Positions 63,721 through 64,000 of a stretch of 64,000 nucleotides of DNA are shown here, piece after piece (within the stretch, counting starts at the first letter, position 1; the number at the start of each line of letters is the position of its first letter). This DNA is from Bugula neritina (lineage: Eukaryota; Animalia; Bryozoa), in NCBI GenBank assembly GCA_964035545.1, contig OZ037768.1:7286741-7350740 (forward strand), in the 5' to 3' direction. Below the pieces are notes generated by a model. That model was not told where the DNA came from and searched no databases. It was given only the letters and a program-made list of their open reading frames with translations. Made by a program: the position numbers and the translations under genes.

Positions 63721-63930
63721 GCAGCTGTGGTGTAGGTGTTAAAGCGTTTGCCTAGTAAACATGAAGCCATGGGTTCTAACCCAACAAAGGCTATTGGTGA
63801 TGTTAGGAAGAGCATCCAGTCATAATTGCTCTTGCGCTTCATCTGTATAAATCCTTAGCCCTATTTAGCAAAAAACCTTTCCATCATAAATTATTTTCTC
63901 ACAGGGATGGCGATTATAAACTAGCATGAG
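63721..63930 (+). mobile_element. tRNA-Thr(AGT)-derived SINE (or tRNA pseudogene with extension); 3' end approximate
   Basis: Head 63721-63792 has A box TGGTGTAGGTG, GTTAAAGCG, anticodon arm TGCCTAGTAAACA and B box GGTTCTAACCC resembling tRNA-Thr(AGT), but the stems are broken; it is followed by a SINE-like body TTGGTGATGTTAGGAAGAGCATCCAG. Confidence 0.7.
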
Positions 63931-64000
63931 TTTTATATAAAAGTCAAGAAACACTAGTATTAGCTGCTAAAACTGCTGCTCTATATTACTGATAATTGTT

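Noticed and set aside
63721-63792. Functional tRNA-Thr gene
   Set aside because: Acceptor and anticodon stems do not pair well, there is no oligo-T terminator directly after, and the sequence continues into a SINE-like body.

Overview
AT-rich, intron-rich animal (invertebrate) genomic DNA, not prokaryotic; the species cannot be determined from the sequence. Left to right: (1) the 5' end of a minus-strand Ty3/gypsy-type LTR retrotransposon (152-bp LTR, tRNA-Ile primer-binding site, open gag) that appears inserted into a small MITE-like element; (2) a small minus-strand type I membrane protein gene whose Cys-rich ectodomain resembles Grindelwald-type TNF receptors; (3) a 12-coding-exon minus-strand hillarin-like gene (LIM, coiled coil, catalytically dead transglutaminase-like domain; ~963 aa); (4) a divergent intergenic region with long 3/6-bp-phased low-complexity tracts; (5) a 12-coding-exon plus-strand Suppressor of Hairless/RBPJ (CSL) gene (~651 aa); (6) a convergent minus-strand ephrin gene (~293 aa) that appears GPI-anchored; (7) MITEs, minisatellites and a tRNA-Thr-derived SINE. 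Exons were assembled by hand from GT-AG sites and reading-frame continuity. The most unusual signals are tandem arrays built on or beside Su(H) splice sites (one gives nine in-frame GTAAGT donors), CSL-binding sites clustered around the Su(H) start, and the GPI-type ephrin with a divergent receptor-binding loop. No new biological system can be shown from sequence alone; these are testable leads.
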